Assembly (NCBI GenBank): GCA_041675145.1
Contig: JBAYUK010000001.1
Span: 312,283 to 376,282 of the forward strand
Direction: 5' to 3'
Length of the DNA stretch: 64,000 nt
Origin: Patescibacteria group bacterium
GTDB taxonomy: Bacteria > Patescibacteriota > JACPGU01
A program made the translations under genes and the position numbers. How positions within the stretch are numbered: the first letter of the stretch is position 1; each line of letters begins with the position of its first letter. Below the pieces are notes generated by a model. That model ran no database searches. It was not told the DNA's origin and saw only the letters and a list, made by a program, of their open reading frames with translations. Positions 48,081 to 58,499 of this stretch are shown piece by piece.

Positions 48081-49889
48081 TTACTTACCCATCGACAATT
48101 TGCGACGATACTCCGCCTCGTCCAAGATTACTTTTCGAATACGGATATTCTTTGGGGTAATCTCAACCAACTCATCATCGGCGATATATTCCAATGCATC
48201 CTCCAGGTTCATTTCCTTTGGCGCATTCACGTGCTCTGCTACTCCAGATCCTGCCGAACGAACGTTGCTAAGCTGCTTAGTCTTACATACATTGATCGAG
48301 AGGTCGTTACTGCGGATATGTTGCCCTACCACCTGTCCTTTATATATTGAAACAGCAGGTCCAAAGAAAAGTGTTCCACGGTCTTGCACCTGGAGAAGGC
48401 CGTACGAGTTGGTCTGACCTGTTTCGTGTGCAACTAGTGAACCGTTGTCTCGTGGCTGGATCTTATAGTTTGCCTCACGGTAGCTATCAAAGAGGGTGTT
48501 CATAATACCAAGACCACGGGTATCTACGAGAAACTCTGAACGGTACCCTATCAGACCCTGAGTTGGGACAAGAAATACCAGCTGGGTAATGCCGTTGTCT
48601 GTTTTCATTTCTTCCATCTGGCCACCTCTGGCTCCCAGCTTCTGGATCACTGCTCCAGAGTAATCGTCCGGTACATCAATAAATGCTTTTTCAAACGGAG
48701 CCATGGTCTTACCATTTTCCTCACGAGTAATTACCTGAGGACGAGATACTTGAAGTTCATATCCTTCACGGCGCAGTCGCTCAATAAGAATCGCTAAGTG
48801 AAGCTCACCACGACCCGAAACAACCCAGTTGTTTTCAGTTCCGTCCTGGACGCGTAGCGCCATGTCGTTTTCTAGTTCCTTCATAAGGCGCTCACGAATC
48901 TGACGACTGGTAGTAAACTGTCCTTCGCGACCAGCGAAGGGTGAGTCGTTAACCATAAAGGTCATTTTAACGGTTGGTTCATCAATTTTAAGTACGGGAA
49001 GTGCTACAGGATTCTCAACGTCGGCTAGGGTTTCACCAATATTAGCTTCTGGAATTCCGGCAATAGCGACAATATCTCCCGCGATAGCTGACGTTATGTC
49101 TGTTCGCTCAAGCCCGGTAAAGCACATAAGCGCGGTGATACGGTATTTTTTCATAGCCCCTTCACGGTTGATCAACATCACTTCCTGGGCAGCGGCAATC
49201 TTTCCGTTATGAATACGCCCTGTTACAATACGACCCTTGAAGTTGTCGGCAGCAATGGTAGTAACCAAGAACTGCAACGGCTTTTCAGGATCACCCTTTG
49301 GCTCTGGGATATATTTTACAATTGCATCAAAGATTGGCGTAATATCCGTCATCTTCGAAAGATCTGACTCTTCACCCGCCAACCCAAGCTTGGTTGCCGC
49401 ATAGAGTACTGGGAAATCCAAAGTCGCATCGTCAGCGCCGAGCTCTACGAAAAGGTCAAAGGTCTGGTTTAAAGCCCAGTCAGACCGAGCATCTGGCTTG
49501 TCTATCTTATTTACGATCACAATAATGCGCTGCTTCATCTCAAGCGCTTTTTTGAGCACGAAACGAGTCTGTGGCATTGGCCCTTCTTTTGCATCTACTA
49601 CCAACAAACATCCGCTTGCCATAGAAAGCACACGCTCTACTTCACCACCAAAGTCAGCGTGACCTGGGGTGTCGATAATATTGATTTTAATATCTCCGTA
49701 CTGCACAGAAGCATTTTTTGAAAAGATAGTAATACCGCGTTCTTTTTCAAGATCGTTACTATCCATGATCAGGTCGCGCGCCTCTGCATCTTTATTGAGC
49801 TTTGTCTGAGTCTGGCGCAGGAGCGCATCAACCAAGGTAGTCTTACCGTGGTCAACGTGGGCAATGATGGCAATATTTCGAATTTGCAT
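48081..49889 (-). CDS. typA: Translational GTPase TypA/BipA
   Basis: [48 protein letters not shown]. Confidence 0.97.
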   Translation of the reverse strand: MQIRNIAIIAHVDHGKTTLVDALLRQTQTKLNKDAEARDLIMDSNDLEKERGITIFSKNASVQYGDIKINIIDTPGHADFGGEVERVLSMASGCLLVVDAKEGPMPQTRFVLKKALEMKQRIIVIVNKIDKPDARSDWALNQTFDLFVELGADDATLDFPVLYAATKLGLAGEESDLSKMTDITPIFDAIVKYIPEPKGDPEKPLQFLVTTIAADNFKGRIVTGRIHNGKIAAAQEVMLINREGAMKKYRITALMCFTGLERTDITSAIAGDIVAIAGIPEANIGETLADVENPVALPVLKIDEPTVKMTFMVNDSPFAGREGQFTTSRQIRERLMKELENDMALRVQDGTENNWVVSGRGELHLAILIERLRREGYELQVSRPQVITREENGKTMAPFEKAFIDVPDDYSGAVIQKLGARGGQMEEMKTDNGITQLVFLVPTQGLIGYRSEFLVDTRGLGIMNTLFDSYREANYKIQPRDNGSLVAHETGQTNSYGLLQVQDRGTLFFGPAVSIYKGQVVGQHIRSNDLSINVCKTKQLSNVRSAGSGVAEHVNAPKEMNLEDALEYIADDELVEITPKNIRIRKVILDEAEYRRKLSMGK

Positions 49890-50014
49890 AAAAATTCTTT
49901 AGGGCTAAAAAAATACATGCGAGAAACGACATGTATCATGTCTGAACAAATGATAATACCTAGATTGTATCAGGATAGACCCTAATCGTCAACCGTTTTG
50001 ACCGCGGTAGTTCT

Positions 50015-51292
50015 TTAGAGAATGCTCAAAAAAGGCACATGCATGTCCACCTGGTCTTCACGACCTCCTTTTTTCTTATCAAAATTTACGCCCTCGTCTT
50101 GGCGGGCTTTCGCGCGTGCCCCCATGCCAGAAGCCAAAAAGACACTATGAGTACCGTATTTGGCCGCAATCTTATCTACTGCCATAAACGCCTGGCTCTT
50201 TTGAGTGCGAATAGTATGGAGCCCAAAGACATCTAGCTGCTCTCTTCCTTCAGAAACCAGTCCGGTTAAGGTTATGCCCGTGGTTCGATAATACTGGTAA
50301 CGATTAAATAGTTTCCGTAATTTTGGCTCTATAACACCCATTATCTCGCCAGGAACATGAGTTGGATACGGCAAAGTAAGCTCTGCCCCGACATAGTCGA
50401 AATCCTTGGTTTTGAGAAAAAAAGAAACATGGGTAGCCAGCAACTGGTAGCGCCGAGCTTTCACGCAGGCGTGCTCGATGTTGCGAGAGAGGTACGAAAT
50501 AAGTTCATCAACATTACTGCAGTTAGGGTGAAAGGTGCGACTTACACCAATTGACTTGTAGCTGTCTTTCGTTGCGGTACTGACCGGAAGAAGCGAGAAG
50601 CCATGTAACTCGTACCACATCATACGATACGGTTTGGCTAGACTGTTATGTACCCATTCCTCACTCATACCAGCAAAAGCAGCTGCGGTTACTATACCCT
50701 GGCTTTTAAACCGTTTTCCCATGCGACTGCCTATACCCCAGAGTTTTTCAATTGGGGTTTTTTCAAGATAGGTCATATAATCATCGGGATATATTACCGT
50801 CATCCCATATGGTTTAGCCCACTTACTGGCCACCTTTGCCAAACACTTACTGGGAGCAAGTCCGACTGAGACCGAAATATCTAGCTCAGATAAAATGGTT
50901 TGTTGAATAGTTACTGCAATCTCCTCGACTGTCATGCGATTAGCCTTTTCTGTCCCGGTAAGATCCGCGAAGCACTCATCTATACTGTATTCCTCCACAG
51001 TTGGGGTGAACCTCCTGACAATTTCAAACATCTGGCGAGCAAAACTCGCATACGCTCGGTAGTTACCGGGTTTTACGATGGCCTGCGGAAGCATTCTCTT
51101 TAGTTGAGAAATCGGCATACCTCGGGTTACTCCGGCTGCCTTTGCCTCATAGGAAAGAGCAGAGACAATTCCCCGTTCCTGTCCGGTTACTACAATCTTC
51201 CCCTTCAGTGTTGGGTCGAGTGCCATCTCGCAACCCACAAAAAAAGCGTCCCCATCAAGGTGAAGGATGTATGGCTTACTCGGTTTTGTCAT
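50015..51292 (-). CDS. dinB: Y-family DNA polymerase (DinB/UmuC-like)
   Basis: HLDGDAFF, SYEAK, YSIDE, LAKVAS, KPYG, LWGIG. Confidence 0.9.
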   Translation of the reverse strand: MTKPSKPYILHLDGDAFFVGCEMALDPTLKGKIVVTGQERGIVSALSYEAKAAGVTRGMPISQLKRMLPQAIVKPGNYRAYASFARQMFEIVRRFTPTVEEYSIDECFADLTGTEKANRMTVEEIAVTIQQTILSELDISVSVGLAPSKCLAKVASKWAKPYGMTVIYPDDYMTYLEKTPIEKLWGIGSRMGKRFKSQGIVTAAAFAGMSEEWVHNSLAKPYRMMWYELHGFSLLPVSTATKDSYKSIGVSRTFHPNCSNVDELISYLSRNIEHACVKARRYQLLATHVSFFLKTKDFDYVGAELTLPYPTHVPGEIMGVIEPKLRKLFNRYQYYRTTGITLTGLVSEGREQLDVFGLHTIRTQKSQAFMAVDKIAAKYGTHSVFLASGMGARAKARQDEGVNFDKKKGGREDQVDMHVPFLSIL

Positions 51293-51396
51293 TGAGGCAA
51301 TATACATACACTCATCATGCGCGCACCACCACCTCGCGCGCAACCTTGCATAAAAACAAGAATCCTCGCATACCAAAAACTTGCACCAAATAACCA

Positions 51397-51687
51397 TTAC
51401 AATACTTTGGGATTTTTATTTTTTATGTTTTCCCATGACTTTTTCTGTTCCTGGATGTAAAGATTAACATCACCATACATGCCACGCGCTATCCCAGCAT
51501 ACGCACTTATATCTGCTTTTTTGTGATTACACTGAACAGGACGAACCATCATGCAGCTCGTCGAAGGTACTTGCACCACCTCAGTAGCAGTACTTTTTAC
51601 AACACCAAGACTGTGCCATACCTTCTTCAAAGTAAGCGTTTTATTTCTTTCTCGATATTGGGTTCTCCATATATACAACCAAGTCAT
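51397..51687 (-). CDS. Hypothetical protein
   Basis: 96-aa ORF with TATTCT-N6-ATG; no family recognised. Confidence 0.4.
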   Translation of the reverse strand: MTWLYIWRTQYRERNKTLTLKKVWHSLGVVKSTATEVVQVPSTSCMMVRPVQCNHKKADISAYAGIARGMYGDVNLYIQEQKKSWENIKNKNPKVL

Positions 51688-51821
51688 AAAATTAGAATAC
51701 AGAGCGTAACACTATCTTACAAGGAGTATAGGGTTAATATACGAGAAATCATAGCTAAACTTGACAAACACCAAAAGAAGCGTATTGCTACGCTTCTTTT
51801 GGGTTCGAGTCTAATTAAAAA

Positions 51822-52133
51822 TTAGAAACGACGTGGTCCGCGGTCTGAACGCTCTTCACGAGGACGAGCAGGAGTAACTCGGATCATACGACCATCGAGT
51901 TCTTTTTCATTCCACATATCAATTGCAGCCTTCGCCGCTTCTGGAGTTGCCATAGTTACGAAACCAAAACCTTTTGAACGACCAGAGTCGCGATCGGTAA
52001 TGATAATTGCTTCTACAACTTCACCAGCCTGCTCAAAAGCAGCTTTCAAACTCTCTGAAGTGGTCGCATACGCGATACCAGCAACATACAATTTGTTTGC
52101 TTCTGCAGCAGCATTGTTCATAGTGTCTTCCAT
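51822..52133 (-). CDS. RRM (RNP-1) RNA-binding protein
   Basis: KLYVAGI (RNP2), SKGFGFVTM (RNP1). Confidence 0.93.
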   Translation of the reverse strand: MEDTMNNAAAEANKLYVAGIAYATTSESLKAAFEQAGEVVEAIIITDRDSGRSKGFGFVTMATPEAAKAAIDMWNEKELDGRMIRVTPARPREERSDRGPRRF

Positions 52134-52323
52134 GATATACCTTTGCTATTTTACCTATATTTCGCGTGAACCGACCTTCGTTCTTTATCAAAACAAATTA
52201 TCTTCACACTTGACCACTAGTATAGCACAGAAAGCCCGGAATTACAAGGATTAAATTGCCAACCCACCTAAAATGCGCTAAGATAGGACGACACCAAGAC
52301 ACAAGACCTCACAAAAAGGAGAA

Positions 52324-52533
52324 TTGCTCTTGAACAACCCACCCCTCCCCGTAATCCGAGGTCTGCGCCTCGCGATTCTCACCGTCCAGGCTATTATGAT
52401 GACTGCGCTTACGCTCAATCAGTATCCAGCCATCAGTATCCCACCCTTCACCCAAAACATCGTTTTGGGCATCGTTGTGCTGTGGTCAAAAGCCGAACAC
52501 TGGCTTGAAGTCACAGAAAGGAAAAGCAGTTGA
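52324..52533 (+). CDS. Possible small membrane protein
   Basis: Hydrophobic ORF overlapping the next start; start codon uncertain. Confidence 0.35.
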   Translation: MLLNNPPLPVIRGLRLAILTVQAIMMTALTLNQYPAISIPPFTQNIVLGIVVLWSKAEHWLEVTERKSS

Positions 52534-53003
52534 GCACAGAACTCAAACCCCTCATCATCATCCGTCCCTATGCGCACCTGGTAAAAGCCATGCGTGAGAT
52601 TCTGTATGAAATTGGGTACGAGATCAAAGACGACAAGGCAGTTATTGATCGCAAAGCAACTCTTGAAGATGTCAAAGACGACCTCAAGAAAGTCAACAGC
52701 AAGACCTGCCCACTGTTTCTGGTTCCGTTCCAACACATCCAGGACAGGGAAGGAAAAACCCTCAACGGGTTTATTGTCATTCAGGACCTTTTGGCTCAAT
52801 CAGGAGGACTATTTACCCAGATCCCCAAAGATGTCCACTTTCTCATGACGATTGCCACCGCCAACAAGGCCACCTACGATCGACATAAAGAAACTCACAA
52901 AGAACTCTTCGGGAAAACAAAAATCCTTGAACTCCACGAAGACCTGGTTCTTACTACTCCGTACGAAGCTCAGGAAGCCATCCGGAAGTTCTTAAACACC
53001 TAA
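52530..53003 (+). CDS. Hypothetical protein, possibly degenerate receiver fold
   Basis: 157 aa; beta/alpha pattern and LNGF.h motif; terminator at ~53022-53062. Confidence 0.6.
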   Translation: MSTELKPLIIIRPYAHLVKAMREILYEIGYEIKDDKAVIDRKATLEDVKDDLKKVNSKTCPLFLVPFQHIQDREGKTLNGFIVIQDLLAQSGGLFTQIPKDVHFLMTIATANKATYDRHKETHKELFGKTKILELHEDLVLTTPYEAQEAIRKFLNT

Positions 53004-53071
53004 ACATCCACAGCACATGCTAAGCCCGCCCTCGATTTAATCGTACAGGCGGGTCTTTTTTTAGAAAAAAT

Positions 53072-53689
53072 CTACTTACTTGTTATAGTTGTGTATTTCT
53101 CTTCTACCACTTCCCAGTTAATAACCTTCCACCAGGCATCTACATATTCCGGGCGACGGTTCTGAACTTTAAGATAGTAGGCGTGCTCCCAGATATCACA
53201 GACTAGAATCGGAGTAAGGTTTTGTGTTATTGGACAGTCCTGCAACGGAAGATTAACAATTTCCAACTTTGCATCAGAAGTTACCACAAGCCATGTCCAG
53301 CCAGAACCAAAGAGTGTCGCAGCCATAGTGTTGAATTGCTCTTGAAACGCTTCGAACGAACCCCACTGTTGGGTAATGTTCTCCAACACAGCGCCAGTAG
53401 GTACATTGCCTTCCTGCCCAGGTCTCATAGTTTCAAAGTAGAGGTTATGATTCCACACACCACCACCGTGATTACGTACGGCCGTTCGGATATCTTCCGG
53501 CACCTCATGAAGCTTTGTGAGCAAGTCATCAAGGCTCCAACTCTCAAGCGCTGGGTGTTTGGCAAGAGCTTCATTGAGCTTGTTTACATAGGTCTGATGA
53601 TGTTTGCTGTGATGAATCTCAACAGTCTTCGCGTCGATGTATGGCTCCAGCGCGTCGTACGCGTATGGTAGGGTCATTAATGTATGCAT
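53072..53689 (-). CDS. sodA: Fe/Mn superoxide dismutase
   Basis: LPYAYDALEP, HHSKHH, NHGGG..NH, FGSGW, DIWEHAYY. Confidence 0.95.
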   Translation of the reverse strand: MHTLMTLPYAYDALEPYIDAKTVEIHHSKHHQTYVNKLNEALAKHPALESWSLDDLLTKLHEVPEDIRTAVRNHGGGVWNHNLYFETMRPGQEGNVPTGAVLENITQQWGSFEAFQEQFNTMAATLFGSGWTWLVVTSDAKLEIVNLPLQDCPITQNLTPILVCDIWEHAYYLKVQNRRPEYVDAWWKVINWEVVEEKYTTITSK

Positions 53690-53698
53690 AGTAAGAAT

Positions 53699-54118
53699 TT
53701 ATTTAATAGATACGAGAATCGCTCCAGCTAACACTAATAAACCTCCCAGCCCTGTCTTCCAGGTAATCCCTTCAGCTAAGAATAGAGCAGCAAACACCAA
53801 CGCAAACACAACACTGGTACGGTCGATAACCGTTACCACTCCGACCGGTCCAGCTTTAAGCGCAATAAAGTAAAAAAACCACGAGATGGCACCTGCAATA
53901 CCTGATGCCGCAATCCAGCCGAGCGCATGGTTATCTATTTGTGATATGAGCTTCCATTTAGACAAGGCAGTTGCTACAACTAAGAAGAAAGCCATCATCA
54001 CAGCCACGCGCACTGTCGTCGCAATTGTCGGGTCAACATCTTTGAGTCCTAACTTACCAAAGATAGCCACCAATGCGGCAAAAAAAGCAGAGAGAATTGC
54101 GTAAAGAATATAGAGCAT
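53699..54118 (-). CDS. EamA/DMT-family transporter
   Basis: AIFGKLGL..VD...AT..R, SWFFYF.AL, IDRTS. Confidence 0.85.
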   Translation of the reverse strand: MLYILYAILSAFFAALVAIFGKLGLKDVDPTIATTVRVAVMMAFFLVVATALSKWKLISQIDNHALGWIAASGIAGAISWFFYFIALKAGPVGVVTVIDRTSVVFALVFAALFLAEGITWKTGLGGLLVLAGAILVSIK

Positions 54119-54119
54119 G

Positions 54120-54641
54120 CTATTTTCTGTAAGAGATAAGAATGACGAGCACAATAGCTACGGAAGTAGTGAGACTCATAAGCGGGAGAGTAATATACCC
54201 AAACTCCCAGACATAGCGCTGTGCACAGGTAACGGTTGCTGCCCCACAGTTACCTAGTGGCGTTCCACCGTACTGGATATATGAATGGTACACGCCAATC
54301 AACAGTGCAAACCCAGAAAGGTAGAGCGCGTACATAGGTGCATAAACCCGGTCTCGGCTCAGGAGCCCGAGCCCCAACACAACTACTGATGGATAGAGAA
54401 AAATTCTCTGCCACCAACACAAGCTACATGGGTCAAAACCAACTACATTTGAGTAGATTAAGCTACCAATAGTAGCACTGACAGCAATGACAAAAGCAAT
54501 TTTTGGACCATGGAACTTTAGCCACTTCTTACCGGGAATACTTACTCCCGCGAAACGATACAGAATAAAATCCACTACCATCAGAAGAATAAAGATCTGA
54601 AGCAATATAGTACCAATGGCGAATAGTGTAGATATGGTCAT
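54120..54641 (-). CDS. Disulfide bond formation protein DsbB/BdbC family
   Basis: PCSLCWWQRIFLYP; second Cys pair; GYITLP. Confidence 0.88.
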   Translation of the reverse strand: MTISTLFAIGTILLQIFILLMVVDFILYRFAGVSIPGKKWLKFHGPKIAFVIAVSATIGSLIYSNVVGFDPCSLCWWQRIFLYPSVVVLGLGLLSRDRVYAPMYALYLSGFALLIGVYHSYIQYGGTPLGNCGAATVTCAQRYVWEFGYITLPLMSLTTSVAIVLVILISYRK

Positions 54642-54650
54642 AGTTGTTTT

Positions 54651-55037
54651 TTACTGTGGTAAGACACAACCCGTCTTCGTAGCTAATGTTTCAAACGGCA
54701 CTTCTCCGACCTCACGGGTATCATCGGCAAAAATCCAAGTCGGGTACCCCTCTATCTTCTTGTCTTTACAGACAGGGAGCTGACCTTTGCCATCTTGAGT
54801 AGAACACTCCACATACTTAATTTTTTTCATAGAGTTACCAAACTGTGCTTTTACTTTCTGGCAATGAGGACACCAAAAAGCACCGTAAAAGGTCGCTCCC
54901 TTTTCAGACAAACACGCCGCAAACTGATCATACTTACCAGGCGCGTTACCGGCTTTGACTAAAAAGAATGCGAAGATTCCAATTGCAATAAGCCCGACTG
55001 AACCGATTCCTAAAAAAAGTTTTACTGAGCTATCCAT
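54651..55037 (-). CDS. Membrane-anchored thioredoxin-fold protein
   Basis: FYGAFWCPHC, YVEC, GYPTW. Confidence 0.88.
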   Translation of the reverse strand: MDSSVKLFLGIGSVGLIAIGIFAFFLVKAGNAPGKYDQFAACLSEKGATFYGAFWCPHCQKVKAQFGNSMKKIKYVECSTQDGKGQLPVCKDKKIEGYPTWIFADDTREVGEVPFETLATKTGCVLPQ

Positions 55038-55041
55038 AGTA

Positions 55042-55320
55042 TTATTTTTTATTTCTAAGAGATTGTATTTCACCCTTCCAGCGCCAGGCTGGTTTTTCTC
55101 CGGTATAGTATGCAATGACACACAGCACGACAGTAGCGGGGACAATAAGAAGAAAAAAGCGTACAAGAGTCTCTGGTACAGTATGCACTTTACTATCCAC
55201 ATCAAATGCAACCAGCACTACAAACACTACATAACCAAGAGTACACGCCCATCCCTGCCACGTAACTGGATACCATCCAAGTCCGTATGTCTTTGCTTTA
55301 TACCACAGTCTTTTTTGCAT
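55042..55320 (-). CDS. Small conserved membrane protein
   Basis: WYKAKTYGLGWYPVTWQGW...GEKP.WRW. Confidence 0.7.
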   Translation of the reverse strand: MQKRLWYKAKTYGLGWYPVTWQGWACTLGYVVFVVLVAFDVDSKVHTVPETLVRFFLLIVPATVVLCVIAYYTGEKPAWRWKGEIQSLRNKK

Positions 55321-55894
55321 GAAGATAGTATACCACGGCCGTTGCTATTATTGGTGACACTACGGTATATAAACCAAGCGGGATAGTTGTCGCAATCAAC
55401 CAAATCCCCCACCACTGCACTGCTTCTCCTTTTTCCTGTGCAAACTTCAAATGCGTATAGCGATAGATAAACCCACAAAGCCAGACGATACACCCTAAAA
55501 GATCTACATATCCAAGCGGTGGATAATAGGGGGTGTTGGCCACTATCACGATAGGTAGTGCAACGAGCGCACCAACAATTCCTCTGAGCAAGTACGACTT
55601 CACATAGAGTTGTATTCCTTCTCTTCCCGCCTCTTCTCGTTCTTTCTCTCGATACCGGAATGCAATGATGTGCTGAGCCCCCAATACGAACATCAGCACA
55701 AACAGTATCATGGGCCGTATAGTTTGGTGATGAAATATAAAGACATTCAACACCGCAATCGCCATCGGATACAGTCCCCACCCAAGACGAGCCAAATAAG
55801 CGTCTTTTTCACGAGCCGACTCTAGAAACAAAACAGTCGCTAGCAGCGCACCTACTATAACCGATACAATACATGCATTAATGAGAGTTATCAT
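55298..55894 (-). CDS. Membrane protein, degenerate DUF1295-like
   Basis: Multi-TM; GE.VQWWGIWL motif. Confidence 0.55.
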   Translation of the reverse strand: MITLINACIVSVIVGALLATVLFLESAREKDAYLARLGWGLYPMAIAVLNVFIFHHQTIRPMILFVLMFVLGAQHIIAFRYREKEREEAGREGIQLYVKSYLLRGIVGALVALPIVIVANTPYYPPLGYVDLLGCIVWLCGFIYRYTHLKFAQEKGEAVQWWGIWLIATTIPLGLYTVVSPIIATAVVYYLHAKKTVV

Positions 55895-56027
55895 ATTCCT
55901 CCTTATGGAGACATAGTACGCTCTCGCTACTATCCTGTCAAAGTAGATTTTACCCTTTACAAATAAAGAGCAAAGGCGTAGAGTAGAAATTCTCCCTATT
56001 TTGGGCTCTTACTCGTTATCTTCATAT

Positions 56028-56738
56028 ATGTATTTAGATCGTATCCAGCAAATCTACAAAGCACTCACTAAAACCACCCTCCCTGGGAGATCGGCGCAGC
56101 TCATTATGGCACCGCGCTACCCCTGGCAGGAACAGGCAGAGAATATAGATATTACTGAGCTCACTGCAGCAGGCGTCATGGTACTGCTCTATCCAAAAAA
56201 CAATGTACCCCATATCGCGTTTACTGTCCGTGCGGAGAATATCGGGACACACAGTGGCGAAGTATCTCTCCCTGGAGGCAAGACCGAATCTGAAGATCAA
56301 AAGCTTGCCGATACAGCTCTGCGAGAAACCAGCGAAGAGCTCGGGATTAACCCGCAGGATATCACTATTATCGGGGCACTGACTCCCGTGCCTACTCTAG
56401 TGAGCCACTTCTTTGTTCACCCCTTTGTTGGAGCTATGAAAACTACACCTACCTTTACACCGAATACGAATGAAGTAGCACAGGTACTAGAAATTCCGTT
56501 GGATGTACTACAAAAGACTACTGTGGAACACATGTCTGTTTCACTATCTATTAACGGGGAAGCACAAGAGATGATTGCTCCCTACTTTGAGTTTGAAGGA
56601 AACAAAATCTGGGGCATTACTGCCATGATCGTAAATGAGTTTTTGGCAACTACTCGCGCTAACCAGGAAGATGTAGAGAACTCTACAATGGAAAAGCTCC
56701 ATTCAGATGACCGTACGTACCATATGGTACAGGTATAG
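56028..56738 (+). CDS. Nudix hydrolase, CoA pyrophosphatase family
   Basis: HSGEVSLPGG, ALRETSEELG, NEV, IWGITA. Confidence 0.9.
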   Translation: MYLDRIQQIYKALTKTTLPGRSAQLIMAPRYPWQEQAENIDITELTAAGVMVLLYPKNNVPHIAFTVRAENIGTHSGEVSLPGGKTESEDQKLADTALRETSEELGINPQDITIIGALTPVPTLVSHFFVHPFVGAMKTTPTFTPNTNEVAQVLEIPLDVLQKTTVEHMSVSLSINGEAQEMIAPYFEFEGNKIWGITAMIVNEFLATTRANQEDVENSTMEKLHSDDRTYHMVQV

Positions 56739-56825
56739 GAGCAACTGTTACTCGCTTTAGATCTTCTTCTATAGTAAAATATTAGCTGTATTGAGTACTT
56801 AGTAAACTAAGTACTCGTTTTTCCT

Positions 56826-56898
56826 GGGCGATTAGCTCACTTGGTAGAGCGCTTCCTTGACGTGGAAGAGGTAAGAAGTTCGAATCTTCTATCGCCCA
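56826..56898 (+). tRNA. tRNA-Val (anticodon GAC), CCA not encoded
   Basis: Acceptor GGGCGAT/ATCGCCC; anticodon arm CTTCC-TTGACGT-GGAAG; TTCGAATC. Confidence 0.95.
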
Positions 56899-58448
56899 TT
56901 AAAGGCACCTAAATCGAATACTGGATGTTTCCGGAGTCGTGGTGCACAAAGATAGTCCAATGGTTCATTCAGGACCACACGGGCTATTTTTTTGTCCTTA
57001 ATCTCAATTCTCTTGAAAAACGTTTGTACGAGCATGTTCTTGAGCTCTGGCTGGGCCTTTTTGTATGTATAGTGACAATCTGTCGCTAATGATGTAGCGA
57101 TTTCTATGGTTCTAATAGCGGTACGAATCCTATTTTCCACCTTACCGAGCTCCTCTAGTAGCCTAGTTTCTTCAAGACCAAGCTCTACTTTGATCTTGTC
57201 ATACAGTTCAATGTCACTTGGCAACATGTGGTCTTGGCCTATAAGTTGCAGTACCAGGTTCTTTTTTTGGAGTTTAATATTGTCGATCTTCTTTGTGATG
57301 TCCTTTCGCGCATTTTCGTAGGTTGCTTGCTCGTTCGCGAATAGATCTCGCACTCTCGCTTTAATTTTGGTAGTAACCTCATCTGGCAAGTGAATCTTTT
57401 TGATGATTCCTTCGAGTTCAGTTGAAATATCGCTCTCATGGACAAATGATTGAGAGCAAGCCACCCTTTCATTCTTTTGAGCTTTCATGCAGCGCAGGTA
57501 GAGTATTACACGCTTACTGCTCGTCTTGTGCTCCTCAAGTGTCTGTCGACTTCCACATACCCCGCACCAACTCACGCCTTTTAACACAGAGAAGAGCCGG
57601 CGGTGTCTAGCACCACCGCTAGATCTTACATCAAGCAAAGCCTGGACCTTGTCGAAAACGTGCTGATTCAAGAAGAGCTCGTGTGTGCCCTCTGGATTCA
57701 CGAATCCACTCCACTCGATTATGCCAACGTAGAGTTTATTGCGGAGTATTTTTTCGACGTGACTGGCGTGTAGTTTGCCTTTCTCATTTCTGTTAGAACG
57801 AACCTTAAAACCCTCTTCCTGAAGGGTAGCTGTAAGAGACTTGATCGAATAGCTGCCGCTTGCATACAGCTCAAACGCTCTTATGACCCATTTTGCCTCT
57901 TCCCAGTTCACTTCAAGCCATGTGCGTGCTTTGTGGACCGACAGTCGTTCCTGGACATTTTTATAACCGTACGGTGCTTGCCCAGGCCATTGTCCTCCTC
58001 TTGCTTTCTGCAAGAGCCCAGCTTTTACCTTAGAACCACTTTGGCGCGAAAAAAACTCAGCTACAGTTGAAAGTACACCCTCAAGCATTTGCCCTCCGGG
58101 TGTATCGTCAATTCCTTCGGTGGCCGAACAAATCTTAATATCGTTTTGCTCAAGCTCCATTTTGGTAATAGCAAAATCCATGCGATTACGTGCAAAACGG
58201 CTGATATCGTAACAAACCACTGCCTTTACGTTTTTATCAGTGCGGCAACGCTCTAAAAGCATTTGAAACTGAGGCCTCTTGGTTGTCCGGGCACTTTCAC
58301 CCTCGTCAGCGTATACGTCTTTTTCCGGGCTCACATGGTAACCGTTTTCGTAGGCAAACTTAAAACATTCTTCTCGTTGCGTTGGGATAGAAAGCTGTTT
58401 TTCGGCTTGTCGATCAGTTGATACTCGTAGGTATATAAGGGCTGTCAT
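56889..58448 (-). CDS. Large serine recombinase (resolvase, recombinase, Zn ribbon, coiled coil)
   Basis: IYLRVST..Q, YADEGESA, RPQF, ISRFARN, PYGY, CGVCGS...YLRC. Confidence 0.95.
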   Translation of the reverse strand: MTALIYLRVSTDRQAEKQLSIPTQREECFKFAYENGYHVSPEKDVYADEGESARTTKRPQFQMLLERCRTDKNVKAVVCYDISRFARNRMDFAITKMELEQNDIKICSATEGIDDTPGGQMLEGVLSTVAEFFSRQSGSKVKAGLLQKARGGQWPGQAPYGYKNVQERLSVHKARTWLEVNWEEAKWVIRAFELYASGSYSIKSLTATLQEEGFKVRSNRNEKGKLHASHVEKILRNKLYVGIIEWSGFVNPEGTHELFLNQHVFDKVQALLDVRSSGGARHRRLFSVLKGVSWCGVCGSRQTLEEHKTSSKRVILYLRCMKAQKNERVACSQSFVHESDISTELEGIIKKIHLPDEVTTKIKARVRDLFANEQATYENARKDITKKIDNIKLQKKNLVLQLIGQDHMLPSDIELYDKIKVELGLEETRLLEELGKVENRIRTAIRTIEIATSLATDCHYTYKKAQPELKNMLVQTFFKRIEIKDKKIARVVLNEPLDYLCAPRLRKHPVFDLGAFNGR

Positions 58449-58499
58449 AAAATCTCCTATTCATTTTTTACTCATTATAATTTGGGTAGACATTCTTTG

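Noticed and set aside
50015-51687. umuDC-like mutagenesis cassette
   Set aside because: Upstream 96-aa ORF lacks S24 peptidase motifs; no SOS box recognised.
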